From a virus: DNA of 42,776 nt. The stretch covers positions 1-42,776 of IMG/VR virus record IMGVR_UViG_3300005326_000027. The stretch is one strand, 5' to 3'. The translations under genes and the position numbers were made by a program. This document shows, piece by piece, positions 33,649-42,620 of this stretch. Under the pieces are notes generated by a model that saw only the letters and a list, made by a program, of their open reading frames with translations, did no database searches and was not told the origin of the DNA. How positions within the stretch are numbered: position 1 is the first letter of the stretch; every line of letters starts with the position of its first letter.

Positions 33649-33686
33649 CTAGTTACAGGACTGATTAGTAAAAAAGTAAAAAAAGT

Positions 33687-34151
33687 ATGAAATCAAAAAA
33701 GTTCTTTAGTTCTCTCTCTAACGCCATTAACTGGTTCTCACACAAAATGTTGGTAGGTGGTGGTGCGGTACTTGTAATCGCAGTAGCATTCGCAATAGGT
33801 TCAGAGTTCAGCCCTAAGATGGTGTATGCCGTGAATACCGAGGTAAAGGTTGTAGAGGTAGAAAGTCCGTCGCCAGTTCTTGAACGTATTGCAGACTGTG
33901 AATCGGGTGACAGTGGCAAAAAGGGAACAGCTCGGCACTTTGACTTAAGCGGTCAGGTGATCATGCGTGGAAACACCAACAAAACGGTTGACGTGGGTAA
34001 GTATCAAATTAACAGTGTGTGGTTCTCACAAGCCTCAAAGCTCGGACTCGACCTCACTAAAGAGGAAGATAACCATGCATTTGCTCTCTGGCTCTACAAG
34101 AACAAAGGTACAGAAGATTGGTATGCATCGAAGAAGTGTTGGGCTAGATAA
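33687..34151 (+). CDS. Membrane-anchored lysozyme-fold / lytic transglycosylase-like protein (paralogue of 13684..14079)
   Basis: TM segment VGGGAVLVIAVAFAIG. Motifs DCESGDSG...DVGKYQINSVW...DWYASKKCW. Confidence 0.55.
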   Translation: MKSKKFFSSLSNAINWFSHKMLVGGGAVLVIAVAFAIGSEFSPKMVYAVNTEVKVVEVESPSPVLERIADCESGDSGKKGTARHFDLSGQVIMRGNTNKTVDVGKYQINSVWFSQASKLGLDLTKEEDNHAFALWLYKNKGTEDWYASKKCWAR

Positions 34152-34168
34152 GTAACTAAAAACTAAAT

Positions 34169-34366
34169 ATGAAGCTATACACCCCAGGAGAAATCCTCAA
34201 AGAGGGATTAGTGAAGAACGCCGACGGCTCTTCTGCAAAGAACAAAGTCACTATTCGCAAGGCCATGGCCAAAATGAAACCATCAAAAGTGGCAACAATG
34301 TGGGGAATGGCAAACGGTGTATCACTGGAACAGATACAGAAGTACAACAAAAGCAGAATGCTCTAA
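34169..34366 (+). CDS. Hypothetical small basic protein
   Basis: 65-aa ORF. Confidence 0.5.
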   Translation: MKLYTPGEILKEGLVKNADGSSAKNKVTIRKAMAKMKPSKVATMWGMANGVSLEQIQKYNKSRML

Positions 34367-34372
34367 AGACAG

Positions 34373-34396
34373 AGGCCCTCACGGGGGCCTTTTGTC
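34373..34396 (+). terminator. Intrinsic terminator
   Basis: aggccc pairs with gggcct, followed by ttttgt. Confidence 0.6.
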
Positions 34397-34403
34397 GTTT
34401 CAC

Positions 34404-34436
34404 TTGACATGCACATGCACAGGTGCATAATGTGCA
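34404..34436 (+). promoter_or_regulatory. Sigma-70 promoter (TTGACA-16 nt-CATAAT) overlapped by TGCACA/TGTGCA operator-like repeats
   Basis: TGCACA at 34410 and 34416, TGCA at 34424, and the inverted TGTGCA at 34431, straddling the -10. Confidence 0.55.
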
Positions 34437-34452
34437 AATGAAGCAAAATAAC

Positions 34453-34587
34453 ATGGTTCGGCTTCACACCTTGGTTCCAAAGGCTACAAAGGCTGATCTC
34501 AAGAGAAAGGCCAAAGTAGACAAGGTATCGGTGGGTGAAATTATGAGGAACGCTATACAGCGTGAGTTGTATGGTATAAAAAAGTAG
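34453..34587 (+). CDS. Ribbon-helix-helix (CopG/Arc-like) DNA-binding protein (44 aa)
   Basis: Hand translation: MVRLHTLVPKATKADLKRKAKVDKVSVGEIMRNAIQRELYGIKK*. This has the beta-strand then two-helix pattern typical of RHH proteins. Confidence 0.55.
   Translation: MVRLHTLVPKATKADLKRKAKVDKVSVGEIMRNAIQRELYGIKK
34572..34580 (+). promoter_or_regulatory. Extended -10-like element (TGgTATAAA) 8 nt upstream of ATG 34589
   Basis: Read directly, inside the 3' end of the RHH gene. Confidence 0.35.
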
Positions 34588-34588
34588 T

Positions 34589-34939
34589 ATGAATAAAATT
34601 ACACAGTTCGCATTGGTTGCTGTCCTTATGGCAGGTTTTGGTTCTACAGTACATGCCGTTGAGATTCTCCCAGCAGGAAACGGTAACCCAGGTGCCGTTA
34701 TGCAGGTATGGGGTTCGACAGGTGACAACACTCCTACGTTCAAAACAGGAGAAAGTGTTACTGACGAGGCTGGATTGGTTGATGTGTGTCCTTCATGGTA
34801 TCCAAAGATGGGCTGTGCCAACATCACACGCACTTCTTACTACCGAAACGCACGCATTGATATTGCTCGTCAGTTGATCGCAAGCAATTCACTCTCGAAG
34901 TTCCCTTCATTCTCGTACTGGGCAAAGTTCGTTAAGTAA
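34589..34939 (+). CDS. Secreted small protein (moron cargo)
   Basis: Signal-like N-terminus MNKITQFALVAVLMAGFGSTVHA; two Cys residues. Confidence 0.55.
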   Translation: MNKITQFALVAVLMAGFGSTVHAVEILPAGNGNPGAVMQVWGSTGDNTPTFKTGESVTDEAGLVDVCPSWYPKMGCANITRTSYYRNARIDIARQLIASNSLSKFPSFSYWAKFVK

Positions 34940-34956
34940 TCCAAAAAAAGGAAGAT

Positions 34957-34985
34957 AAAAGCACTCAGTAACATGGGTGCTTTTT
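34957..34985. terminator. Bidirectional-type intrinsic terminator
   Basis: aaaagcactc ... gggtgcttttt (one G-U pair), flanked by an A-run and a T-run. Confidence 0.6.
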
Positions 34986-35006
34986 CTTATATATAGCCGT
35001 GACGTG

Positions 35007-35015
35007 TGGTATAAT
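35007..35015 (+). promoter_or_regulatory. Extended -10 promoter GTGTGGTATAAT, 8 nt upstream of ATG 35024 (leaderless)
   Basis: Read directly. Confidence 0.6.
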
Positions 35016-35023
35016 TGTGGTAC

Positions 35024-35749
35024 ATGCCTTCACTCGCAGAAGCAATACGCAAGCGTAACTCTCAAAATATATCTCCCGAAGATATGCGCTCTTTTATTAT
35101 CCAAACGGCAGAGGATGTTATCGCTCGAAGAGTAGATAGCCTCACAGAATACATTGAAGAAGAGGTTGAGTCCGAAATACGGGAAGTGGTAGATGAGATG
35201 ATAAGCACACGCCTTACCGGCCCACAAGGTCCACAAGGCGAGCGTGGAAATGATGGGGATACCATTGTAGGCCCCGAAGGCCCTGTAGGCCCCAAGGGTG
35301 ACTCTATCGTCGGCCCCGTAGGCCCACAGGGTCCAATGGGTGTTGGAAAGGCAGGAAAGGACGGTAAAGACGGCTCACCCGACACACCAGATCAGGTGGT
35401 TGAAAAAGTAAACAAAGCAGATAAGAAAATCCTACTCACGGCTATTGATGGTCTGGTAAAAGAACTAGACGTTATAAAGCGCACGGTTCGTGAGCGAGGA
35501 GGTGGTGGATCGTCGGGTGGGGGCGGAATGGGCCAGCCCCAGCACGAAACGAAGTCTGTAAGTAGCGCATCCACAACAGTGACCACCACAACACCTATTT
35601 CAGCAGGTGGACGTGCTCTATGGGTCTATTATCAAGGACAATTCCTCGTATATGGCACACACTACACCGTGGGAGCTGACAAAAAAACGCTCACGCTTCT
35701 CTTTACACCACAAGACAGTACCAGTATTGATATAACGTATATTAGATAA
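35024..35749 (+). CDS. Collagen-like repeat tail fibre protein
   Basis: GPQGPQGERGNDGD..GPEGPVGPKGD..GPVGPQGPMGVGKAGKDGKDG G-X-Y repeats, plus a GGGGSSGGGG linker. Confidence 0.75.
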   Translation: MPSLAEAIRKRNSQNISPEDMRSFIIQTAEDVIARRVDSLTEYIEEEVESEIREVVDEMISTRLTGPQGPQGERGNDGDTIVGPEGPVGPKGDSIVGPVGPQGPMGVGKAGKDGKDGSPDTPDQVVEKVNKADKKILLTAIDGLVKELDVIKRTVRERGGGGSSGGGGMGQPQHETKSVSSASTTVTTTTPISAGGRALWVYYQGQFLVYGTHYTVGADKKTLTLLFTPQDSTSIDITYIR

Positions 35750-38700
35750 ATGAAAAAACACGCTCTTGCCATTCTCATATCCCTTGCAACACTCCTTGGT
35801 GTTACTTCTTTTTCACAAAACGCCCTCGGACAGGCTTTGAGAATTATAACCCCGCCTCAAGGGGGAACTGGCATCGGATCTGTCACAGCAGGTGACGTAG
35901 GGGAATGTCTAAAAGTATTTGATGATGCACCTTTTACCTACGAGTTAGGCGTTTGTGGCACTTCTTCTGTTGTGAATACTGACAAGTTTGCCACCTCTAC
36001 AAACAACATTGACATACAACCTAACGTGGGGCAGGGTCTTAACGTTTCGGCGTCGTCCACATTTTCGTCAATATTCAATGTAGGTGGTCTCTTCAACGCA
36101 TCTTCCACCTCTCTATTCCAAAACATAGTTGCTTATTCATCTACGACACTTCAAAGATATACAGGGACGTTCGGTACTACTACCCAAGCCACCAGTACCA
36201 CATTCCACATCTCTTCTCTCTTTAACTTCGGAGGGGACGTGTTTAGTGACCTTGTTGGAACAGGATTACAGGTAGTAAACGGTGTACTAGAAGCAACACT
36301 TGGTACTTCAATTGATATATCGGCGGAAACGAATCTGACCGCAGGTGACGGCATTACCCTCACGGATGATGACCTTGATTGTGACACCGCAACTTCGGCT
36401 ATATTTGGGTGTCTTTCTTCCGCTGACTGGAGTGTGTTTAACAACAAAGTGTCTTCCACCTCACTTTCTGGTGCCTCGGTAATCTCGTACACCCCAGCTA
36501 CAGGCGTAATAACTACCACAGGCGGTACGTTCGGTTCGGGCAACTACATCTTCCCAGGTGAATTACAGGTAAACAGCTCAACAACACTCCAAAATTTTAC
36601 CGCAGTCAACGGTACTACCTCACAGGCAACCTCTACAGCTTTTCGTGCCACCACGCTTGGTGTTGGTACTGATTATATAAACGACATAACAGGAAACCAG
36701 CTTACACTCACGGGTTTTTCTCTGGGTGTTTCAGAAGGAGCAGGTTCGGGGCTTGATGCTGATACACTCGATACCGTGGACTCTGGTTCGTTCCTCCGTT
36801 CTGATGCCAGCGATTCCTACACTTCGGGGACGCTTACTTTTGATGCTGGAACGGCCCTTGACCTCAACACTACGTCACTTACGGTTGCCGATACTGCCAT
36901 TGGATTTGATGGTGTTTCTACGGAACTCACCTTCACTGGCAATATGACGATGAATACCGATGACCTTGCGATCAACAAGTCTACGGGCCTTGTTACTTTA
37001 CAGAATCTTCTTGTGAGCGGTTCCTCAACACTCCAAAGATTTACGGCTACCCACGGGACAACTACACAAGCTACGAGTACCTCACTTGCCATTACAAACC
37101 TCACCTCTGCTCTCGTTTCGAGCGCGGCAGACGGTAGTACCCTTGAGTACGCAGGAACGTCCTGTACCAACCAATTCGTGCGAGCACTCTCGGCCCTAGG
37201 TGTCGCAACCTGTGCGACGGTGGCTAATACCGATTTGGCCAACTCAAGTATCACGGTAACGGACGCAAACACCACCCTTACGATAGGTGGTTCTCCTGTT
37301 TCTCTTGGTGGCACTCTCACTGCAACTTTGAACTTGGCAAAAGCAAATACCTGGTCTGCACTACAGACATTCGGTGCAGGAGCTTCAACGACGAACTTCA
37401 CATTCTCTGGGAGCCTATGGGGCGGAGGAAACTCAACTACAACTTCTAACGGCAATATATACTCTCAAGGCATAATTGCGGCTTCTTCTACCACAGGATT
37501 CCTGGGTGTGGGAAGTAACTTGACTCTCTCTCGTATCGGTAACTCAACCTATTCCACTGTTCAGCATCTACAGGACATCTTCCATTCATCTGGCTGGGTT
37601 TCAGGAGGAACCGTGGCAGATATTGGGGGTAATGCAATCAGTGTTTCTGCCGGTACGGGACTGATTCGTGCCACGGATTCGGCTGTGGCGCAAATATCGT
37701 ATTTTGACTGGACAGCTTCAACTACCATAACCGTACCGCAAGGTGAAATACGCTATCTTGGTATTGAATATAACAGCGGTAGCCCTCGTGTGGCCTCAAG
37801 GACGGTTGAAAACTGGGACTTGAGTACAGATTTTCAACTTGGTTCAGTGGTGAATGAAGGAGGAACGATTCACATCACAACCAACCCACAAGCTGTGGGC
37901 GACCATGCGGCGAACATGATTGAAAGAGAGTACCAGACCATGCCTCTCGCACGAGATGAAAGAGCTGGTGGATTGATACTCGGTGAATCAGGAACACGAA
38001 ACATAACGGTATCGGCAGGAGCACTGTGGGACAAACTTAACAGATACGCAATCTCGGCCATAGACACTTCGGTTTCTGGTTCTTTTGACACCTATGTCGG
38101 AGCCACAAAGTATCTTGGTGGACAAACACAATGGGACAACCTCTCATACAACAACGCTGGGACTCTCGCCTCAACAACGGTCAATAGATATAGCAACCTT
38201 TGGTTCTATATCGAATCTGATGGTGCGTTGCTTTCTCTCTATGGAACATCGAATACCGCTATCCTTGCCACTGCTGAACAGGAAGGAGCACCAGCAACCT
38301 TGCCAGTGCGATGCACTGTGGATTGTAAGCTCATCGGACGACTGACTTTCCAAGAAAGCGGAGCCACGGCTGAATTGATTTCCTCTGCCTTTACAGAGTC
38401 GTTTACAGCTTCCGCTATCTCAGACCACTCTTCACTTTCAAACCTCGCCTGGACTTCATCAGGCCATACTGGTACAGCAAATACCGTTCCCTACTTCACA
38501 ACGTCAGGAATTGCGGCGGAGTTTTCCACCTCGACTCTCAACATCGGAGGGATAGCTAGTGGTATGTATTCGGCCATAAACACGTGGACAGCTGGAAACA
38601 TCTTTACCTCTTCCTCGACGATTCTAAACCTCACGAGCGTTATATCAACGTCCACAAGTGCAACCACTACCAACTTCGCAGTAACTGGTTCAGCCACAAG

Positions 38701-41164
38701 TACGTTCGGTGGTGGCATAAGCCTCACAACAGGGTGTTTTGCCATTGGAACCACTTGTATTGGTGGTTCGGGCGGTACAGCCTCTTCCACGCTTCTTTCT
38801 GATAACAACACATGGACGGGAAGCAACGTCTTCAACGCATCTCCTTCAATCGGGGGACAAGTTAACGGCATATTGCTGGGTGGTTCAAATTGGTTGTATT
38901 CCTCTAGCACCAACGGAAGTACCGTACTTGGGCTAGGTTCATCTCCTGGTTCATATACAGTGGCAACAGCAAATCGTGACAATGTTGGGATTGGAGAAAA
39001 CTCACTTAAGGCTCTCACTTCTGGTTTCTCAAACGTAGCCATTGGTAATGACGCACTCGACTCCCTAACAACAGGGAACAGTAACGTTGCGGTTGGTTGG
39101 ACTGCGGGAAATACAGGTAGCTCGAACGCCCATTTGGGTGTTAGTTCGGGTGGTAGTGTGACTGGTTCTGGGAACATAACAATAGGTGCTGCTTCCGCCA
39201 CCAACGTAACATCAGGTAGTAGCAACATCATTATAGGTGCCTACGTTAGTGCTCCTGTTGCAACCGATAGTTCCCAGCTCAACATTGGAAACGTTCTCTA
39301 TGGAAGTGGTTTGTACAGCATACTTTCGGCATCGGCAGTTCCTACCGCTACAGGAAAGATAGGTATTGGAACAACAACGCCTTTCTCCACGTTTGCAGTG
39401 GCAGGAGGTTCGCTCCAGACGTATCCACTCTTGTCAATTTCAACCTCAACAGCCTCGGCAACATCAACCGCACTGATAGTAGATTCAAACGGGAACCTTG
39501 GTATCGGGACAAGTTCTCCTGGTTCTGCCCTTTCAGTATCGGGTTCGGTTCTCGTCAATAGCAATGCGACATCAACATGGCAAAATAGTGGTATCAATCT
39601 TACTGGAGGTTGTTTCTCAATAAATAACGTATGTATCACGTCAAGTGGTGCAGTTGCCGACGGTGGGCCTAATTCAAAGTGGGCTACATCTACCAATACA
39701 ACGGACATTCAGCCCAATGCGGATCAAGGACTCAACGTGATAGCTTCGTCTACCTTTATGGGCAACTTGTTCTCAAAAGGCTCATTCTTTGCTTCAACAA
39801 CCGCCCTCTTTACTTCGGGCCTTACTTCCTACGCCTCATCTACATTCCAAGACTTCACGGGTGTAAACGCCACCACCTCACAAGCAACCACCAGTAGGTT
39901 TGCTATAACAAGTCTTACGTCAGCCCTGGTTTCCACAGGTGCGGACGGAGGAACCTACGAATATCCAGGAACAGCATGTACCAATCAGTTCGTTCGTTCA
40001 CTTAGTGTTCTTGGCATAGCTACCTGTGAGACTGTTGCAAACACTGACCTTGCCAATTCATCGGTAACAGTTAACGGTACGACAATTGCCCTTGGAGCTT
40101 CGGAGACTATAACTGCCGCTTCTTCCACACTCCTAGCGAATACCAACACCTGGACAGGAGGAAACATCTTCAACGGTTCGACTACGGCCCTTACGCTTTC
40201 AAGCGTTACTTCAACCTCTACCCATGCGACCTCGACAAATTTCAGCATTTCGAGTTTCTTTAGCTTCGGAGGCGATAGGTTCTCCGACCTCGTAGGGACA
40301 GGACTTGCTGTGGTAGGTGATGCGCTCACAACCACTCTTGGAACGGCCGTTGACCTTGCTTCGGAAGTTGGTGCAACCATCCTCCCTATCGCTAACGGTG
40401 GTACTAACAAGGCACTCACACTCTCAAACGGTGGCCTTATCTGGAGTGACGCTGATTCTTTCGAGGTTCTCTCGGCTAACGCAAACTCTGGCCTCTCACT
40501 GGTATCTGGTGGTGCTGGTACTCCTTCATGGTTTGCGCCTACTCTTGGTTCAATACTCTTCGCAGGAACCAACGGTGCTCTCACACAAAACAATCCGTCA
40601 TTCTTCTGGGATAACACCAACTTCCGCTTGGGTGTAGGCACAACCTCACCTTGGGCACGCTTGTCACTCTCTGGGCTTTCGGCAGGAACTACTCCTATAT
40701 TCGATGTTTCTACTTCGACTGCTACAGCCACAAGTAGCGTATTCACCATCGCCTCTAATGGTTTCGTTGGTGTAGGAACTACTAGCCCTAACTCACGCCT
40801 CTCAATTAACGGTTCTGCCTTCACTAAGGAATACAACCAAGCCACCTCTTCCCCAATGACCATTGACTGGGAGTATTCAAACCAACAACAAATTACTATC
40901 GGGGCAACGGGTGTGACCCTAAACCTCAAAAACGGAATGGCTGGAGGAACATATCGTTTGATTGCATGTCAAGACAAGGGAGGTTCTGACACTATCACCG
41001 TGTGGGATGCACAGATTCTCTGGAGTGGAGGAACGGCACCTACACTCACAAGTACCCAGAACAAATGTGACGTCATCTCCTTCTTGGCGACATATGGAAC
41101 CACAACAGATGCAGGGGCCACAAAAAAGCTCCAATACTTTGGAGCCGTTAATGCAAACTTTTAG
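35750..41164 (+). CDS. Giant (1804 aa) modular tail fibre/adhesin-like protein
   Basis: Signal-like N-terminus, a Ser/Thr/Gly/Ala-rich body and internally duplicated modules (see findings). Confidence 0.7.
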   Translation: MKKHALAILISLATLLGVTSFSQNALGQALRIITPPQGGTGIGSVTAGDVGECLKVFDDAPFTYELGVCGTSSVVNTDKFATSTNNIDIQPNVGQGLNVSASSTFSSIFNVGGLFNASSTSLFQNIVAYSSTTLQRYTGTFGTTTQATSTTFHISSLFNFGGDVFSDLVGTGLQVVNGVLEATLGTSIDISAETNLTAGDGITLTDDDLDCDTATSAIFGCLSSADWSVFNNKVSSTSLSGASVISYTPATGVITTTGGTFGSGNYIFPGELQVNSSTTLQNFTAVNGTTSQATSTAFRATTLGVGTDYINDITGNQLTLTGFSLGVSEGAGSGLDADTLDTVDSGSFLRSDASDSYTSGTLTFDAGTALDLNTTSLTVADTAIGFDGVSTELTFTGNMTMNTDDLAINKSTGLVTLQNLLVSGSSTLQRFTATHGTTTQATSTSLAITNLTSALVSSAADGSTLEYAGTSCTNQFVRALSALGVATCATVANTDLANSSITVTDANTTLTIGGSPVSLGGTLTATLNLAKANTWSALQTFGAGASTTNFTFSGSLWGGGNSTTTSNGNIYSQGIIAASSTTGFLGVGSNLTLSRIGNSTYSTVQHLQDIFHSSGWVSGGTVADIGGNAISVSAGTGLIRATDSAVAQISYFDWTASTTITVPQGEIRYLGIEYNSGSPRVASRTVENWDLSTDFQLGSVVNEGGTIHITTNPQAVGDHAANMIEREYQTMPLARDERAGGLILGESGTRNITVSAGALWDKLNRYAISAIDTSVSGSFDTYVGATKYLGGQTQWDNLSYNNAGTLASTTVNRYSNLWFYIESDGALLSLYGTSNTAILATAEQEGAPATLPVRCTVDCKLIGRLTFQESGATAELISSAFTESFTASAISDHSSLSNLAWTSSGHTGTANTVPYFTTSGIAAEFSTSTLNIGGIASGMYSAINTWTAGNIFTSSSTILNLTSVISTSTSATTTNFAVTGSATSTFGGGISLTTGCFAIGTTCIGGSGGTASSTLLSDNNTWTGSNVFNASPSIGGQVNGILLGGSNWLYSSSTNGSTVLGLGSSPGSYTVATANRDNVGIGENSLKALTSGFSNVAIGNDALDSLTTGNSNVAVGWTAGNTGSSNAHLGVSSGGSVTGSGNITIGAASATNVTSGSSNIIIGAYVSAPVATDSSQLNIGNVLYGSGLYSILSASAVPTATGKIGIGTTTPFSTFAVAGGSLQTYPLLSISTSTASATSTALIVDSNGNLGIGTSSPGSALSVSGSVLVNSNATSTWQNSGINLTGGCFSINNVCITSSGAVADGGPNSKWATSTNTTDIQPNADQGLNVIASSTFMGNLFSKGSFFASTTALFTSGLTSYASSTFQDFTGVNATTSQATTSRFAITSLTSALVSTGADGGTYEYPGTACTNQFVRSLSVLGIATCETVANTDLANSSVTVNGTTIALGASETITAASSTLLANTNTWTGGNIFNGSTTALTLSSVTSTSTHATSTNFSISSFFSFGGDRFSDLVGTGLAVVGDALTTTLGTAVDLASEVGATILPIANGGTNKALTLSNGGLIWSDADSFEVLSANANSGLSLVSGGAGTPSWFAPTLGSILFAGTNGALTQNNPSFFWDNTNFRLGVGTTSPWARLSLSGLSAGTTPIFDVSTSTATATSSVFTIASNGFVGVGTTSPNSRLSINGSAFTKEYNQATSSPMTIDWEYSNQQQITIGATGVTLNLKNGMAGGTYRLIACQDKGGSDTITVWDAQILWSGGTAPTLTSTQNKCDVISFLATYGTTTDAGATKKLQYFGAVNANF

Positions 41165-41167
41165 AGT

Positions 41168-42337
41168 ATGAAGAAACTCTTTGCCACGGTATCAGCCGTC
41201 TCAATCCTTGGCTTCGGTATGCTCTTTAACGTATCTCAAACTCAATCACTAGAAGTTGGCATAGCAACAAGCACACCCATCTCCATTATTGAAACAGACT
41301 CTTCCTTCGGGGGTTCCCTCGTTGGGAAAAATGCGAAACAGCGAGCGGAGCTAAAGGCACTCGAAATCGCAAAGTATGACCTTCGTGGTAGATATACCAT
41401 CGGAGAGTACGAAATCGAGATTGAGAGCCAGCAAAAAATTGATGAAGGGGTACAAGTCTACGCAAGAGCGTGGAAAAGTGGCGAACAGTTGGGTTTCGGT
41501 ACGGACGGCACAGTTGATCTTGAGCGTTTCAAGATTTATAACCCACCCGTAATGGTATATGACACGAATGGAAATGTGACTAGAAAAGATGGGAGTAAAC
41601 TACGTTTTGATCCTGTTCAGTCCATTAGGGAGGTACTTGTCCATACGATTGACGTCTCAAAAACTGTCAGGGGCAAAATAGTTTCGGGTAAAAGGGGCAA
41701 TACGACATCTACCTTTTTCCCCGATGCAAATCCAGAAACTTCCACGGTTGATGGACATGTCCAAGCATATTGTACGGGATGTGCGTGGAGTAGTGTTATC
41801 GCTGGTACAGCAAGTCTGGCTGCACAAGATAGTGCTGCATCTGAATCAATGGGTGCCCGTGTTATAGGTGGAAACTACAACCTAGTGGTTCCTGTCATGC
41901 TATTTGATAGTTCATCCATACCAGATACAGACGCAATATCAACAGCAACACTCTCCATCTATACTATTGCAGGAGGAAGTAATGCGGACAGCATCACAGT
42001 TGCGGCATTCGGAATGACTACTGGCTCAAACACAGCTTTGGCCACAACTGATTTCGTAAATAGGGGAACGGTTAACTTTGGAACAGGTACGGTTTGGCCT
42101 TCAAACGCTTATAACGACTTCTCTCTCAACGCATCTGGGATTTCAAATATTAGTAAAACGGGTGTCAGTAAATTCAGTATTCGTGTAAGTCCAGACTACA
42201 ATGCCGCTGCTCCCACGGGTGTAAACTTTACTGATGTTAAATACGCGGAGACAGCAGGAACGTCCAACGATCCAACATTGGTTGTCACACACACGGTATC
42301 TGCCTCCAACGTTATGAATTATTGGGGAATGTTTTAA
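41168..42337 (+). CDS. Hypothetical secreted or virion-distal protein
   Basis: 389 aa with N-terminus MKKLFATVSAVSILGFGMLF. Confidence 0.55.
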   Translation: MKKLFATVSAVSILGFGMLFNVSQTQSLEVGIATSTPISIIETDSSFGGSLVGKNAKQRAELKALEIAKYDLRGRYTIGEYEIEIESQQKIDEGVQVYARAWKSGEQLGFGTDGTVDLERFKIYNPPVMVYDTNGNVTRKDGSKLRFDPVQSIREVLVHTIDVSKTVRGKIVSGKRGNTTSTFFPDANPETSTVDGHVQAYCTGCAWSSVIAGTASLAAQDSAASESMGARVIGGNYNLVVPVMLFDSSSIPDTDAISTATLSIYTIAGGSNADSITVAAFGMTTGSNTALATTDFVNRGTVNFGTGTVWPSNAYNDFSLNASGISNISKTGVSKFSIRVSPDYNAAAPTGVNFTDVKYAETAGTSNDPTLVVTHTVSASNVMNYWGMF

Positions 42338-42342
42338 CCGTG

Positions 42343-42351
42343 TGGTATAAT
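42343..42351 (+). promoter_or_regulatory. Extended -10 promoter GTGTGGTATAAT upstream of the lysis cassette
   Basis: Read directly. ATG 42378 lies 26 nt downstream. Confidence 0.55.
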
Positions 42352-42377
42352 ATCGGCATTATTATTTTACTAGTTTC

Positions 42378-42620
42378 ATGCCAGACGTAGACCACGGCGA
42401 GATAATGCTTTTCTTGGGAAGACTCGATGGAAAACTCGACGGGCTTATCGGCCGACAGGATATTGCAAACGGGAGAACATCGAAGCTCGAAGACAGAGTT
42501 AACGACCTCGAAAGCACTAGGGATAAGCAATCAGGCGGTTGGAAAGTGGGAAGTATCCTCGGTGCTGGTATCTCCACGTTCGTTTATTTCATACTTAACA
42601 AGTTTGTACCCGGAAACTAA
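42378..42620 (+). CDS. Holin-like protein (single C-terminal TM)
   Basis: GWKVGSILGAGISTFVYFILNKF. The stop abuts the ATG of the peptidase gene. Confidence 0.5.
   Translation: MPDVDHGEIMLFLGRLDGKLDGLIGRQDIANGRTSKLEDRVNDLESTRDKQSGGWKVGSILGAGISTFVYFILNKFVPGN

Noticed and set aside
36817-40929. Very long antisense ORFs (212, 246 and 314 aa) within the 1804-aa fibre gene, and similar ones inside other tail genes.
   Set aside because: The Thr/Ser/Gly/Ala-rich codon composition (ACN, TCN, GGN, GCN) removes stop codons from the reverse frames. Their products are low-complexity, and no signals support expression.
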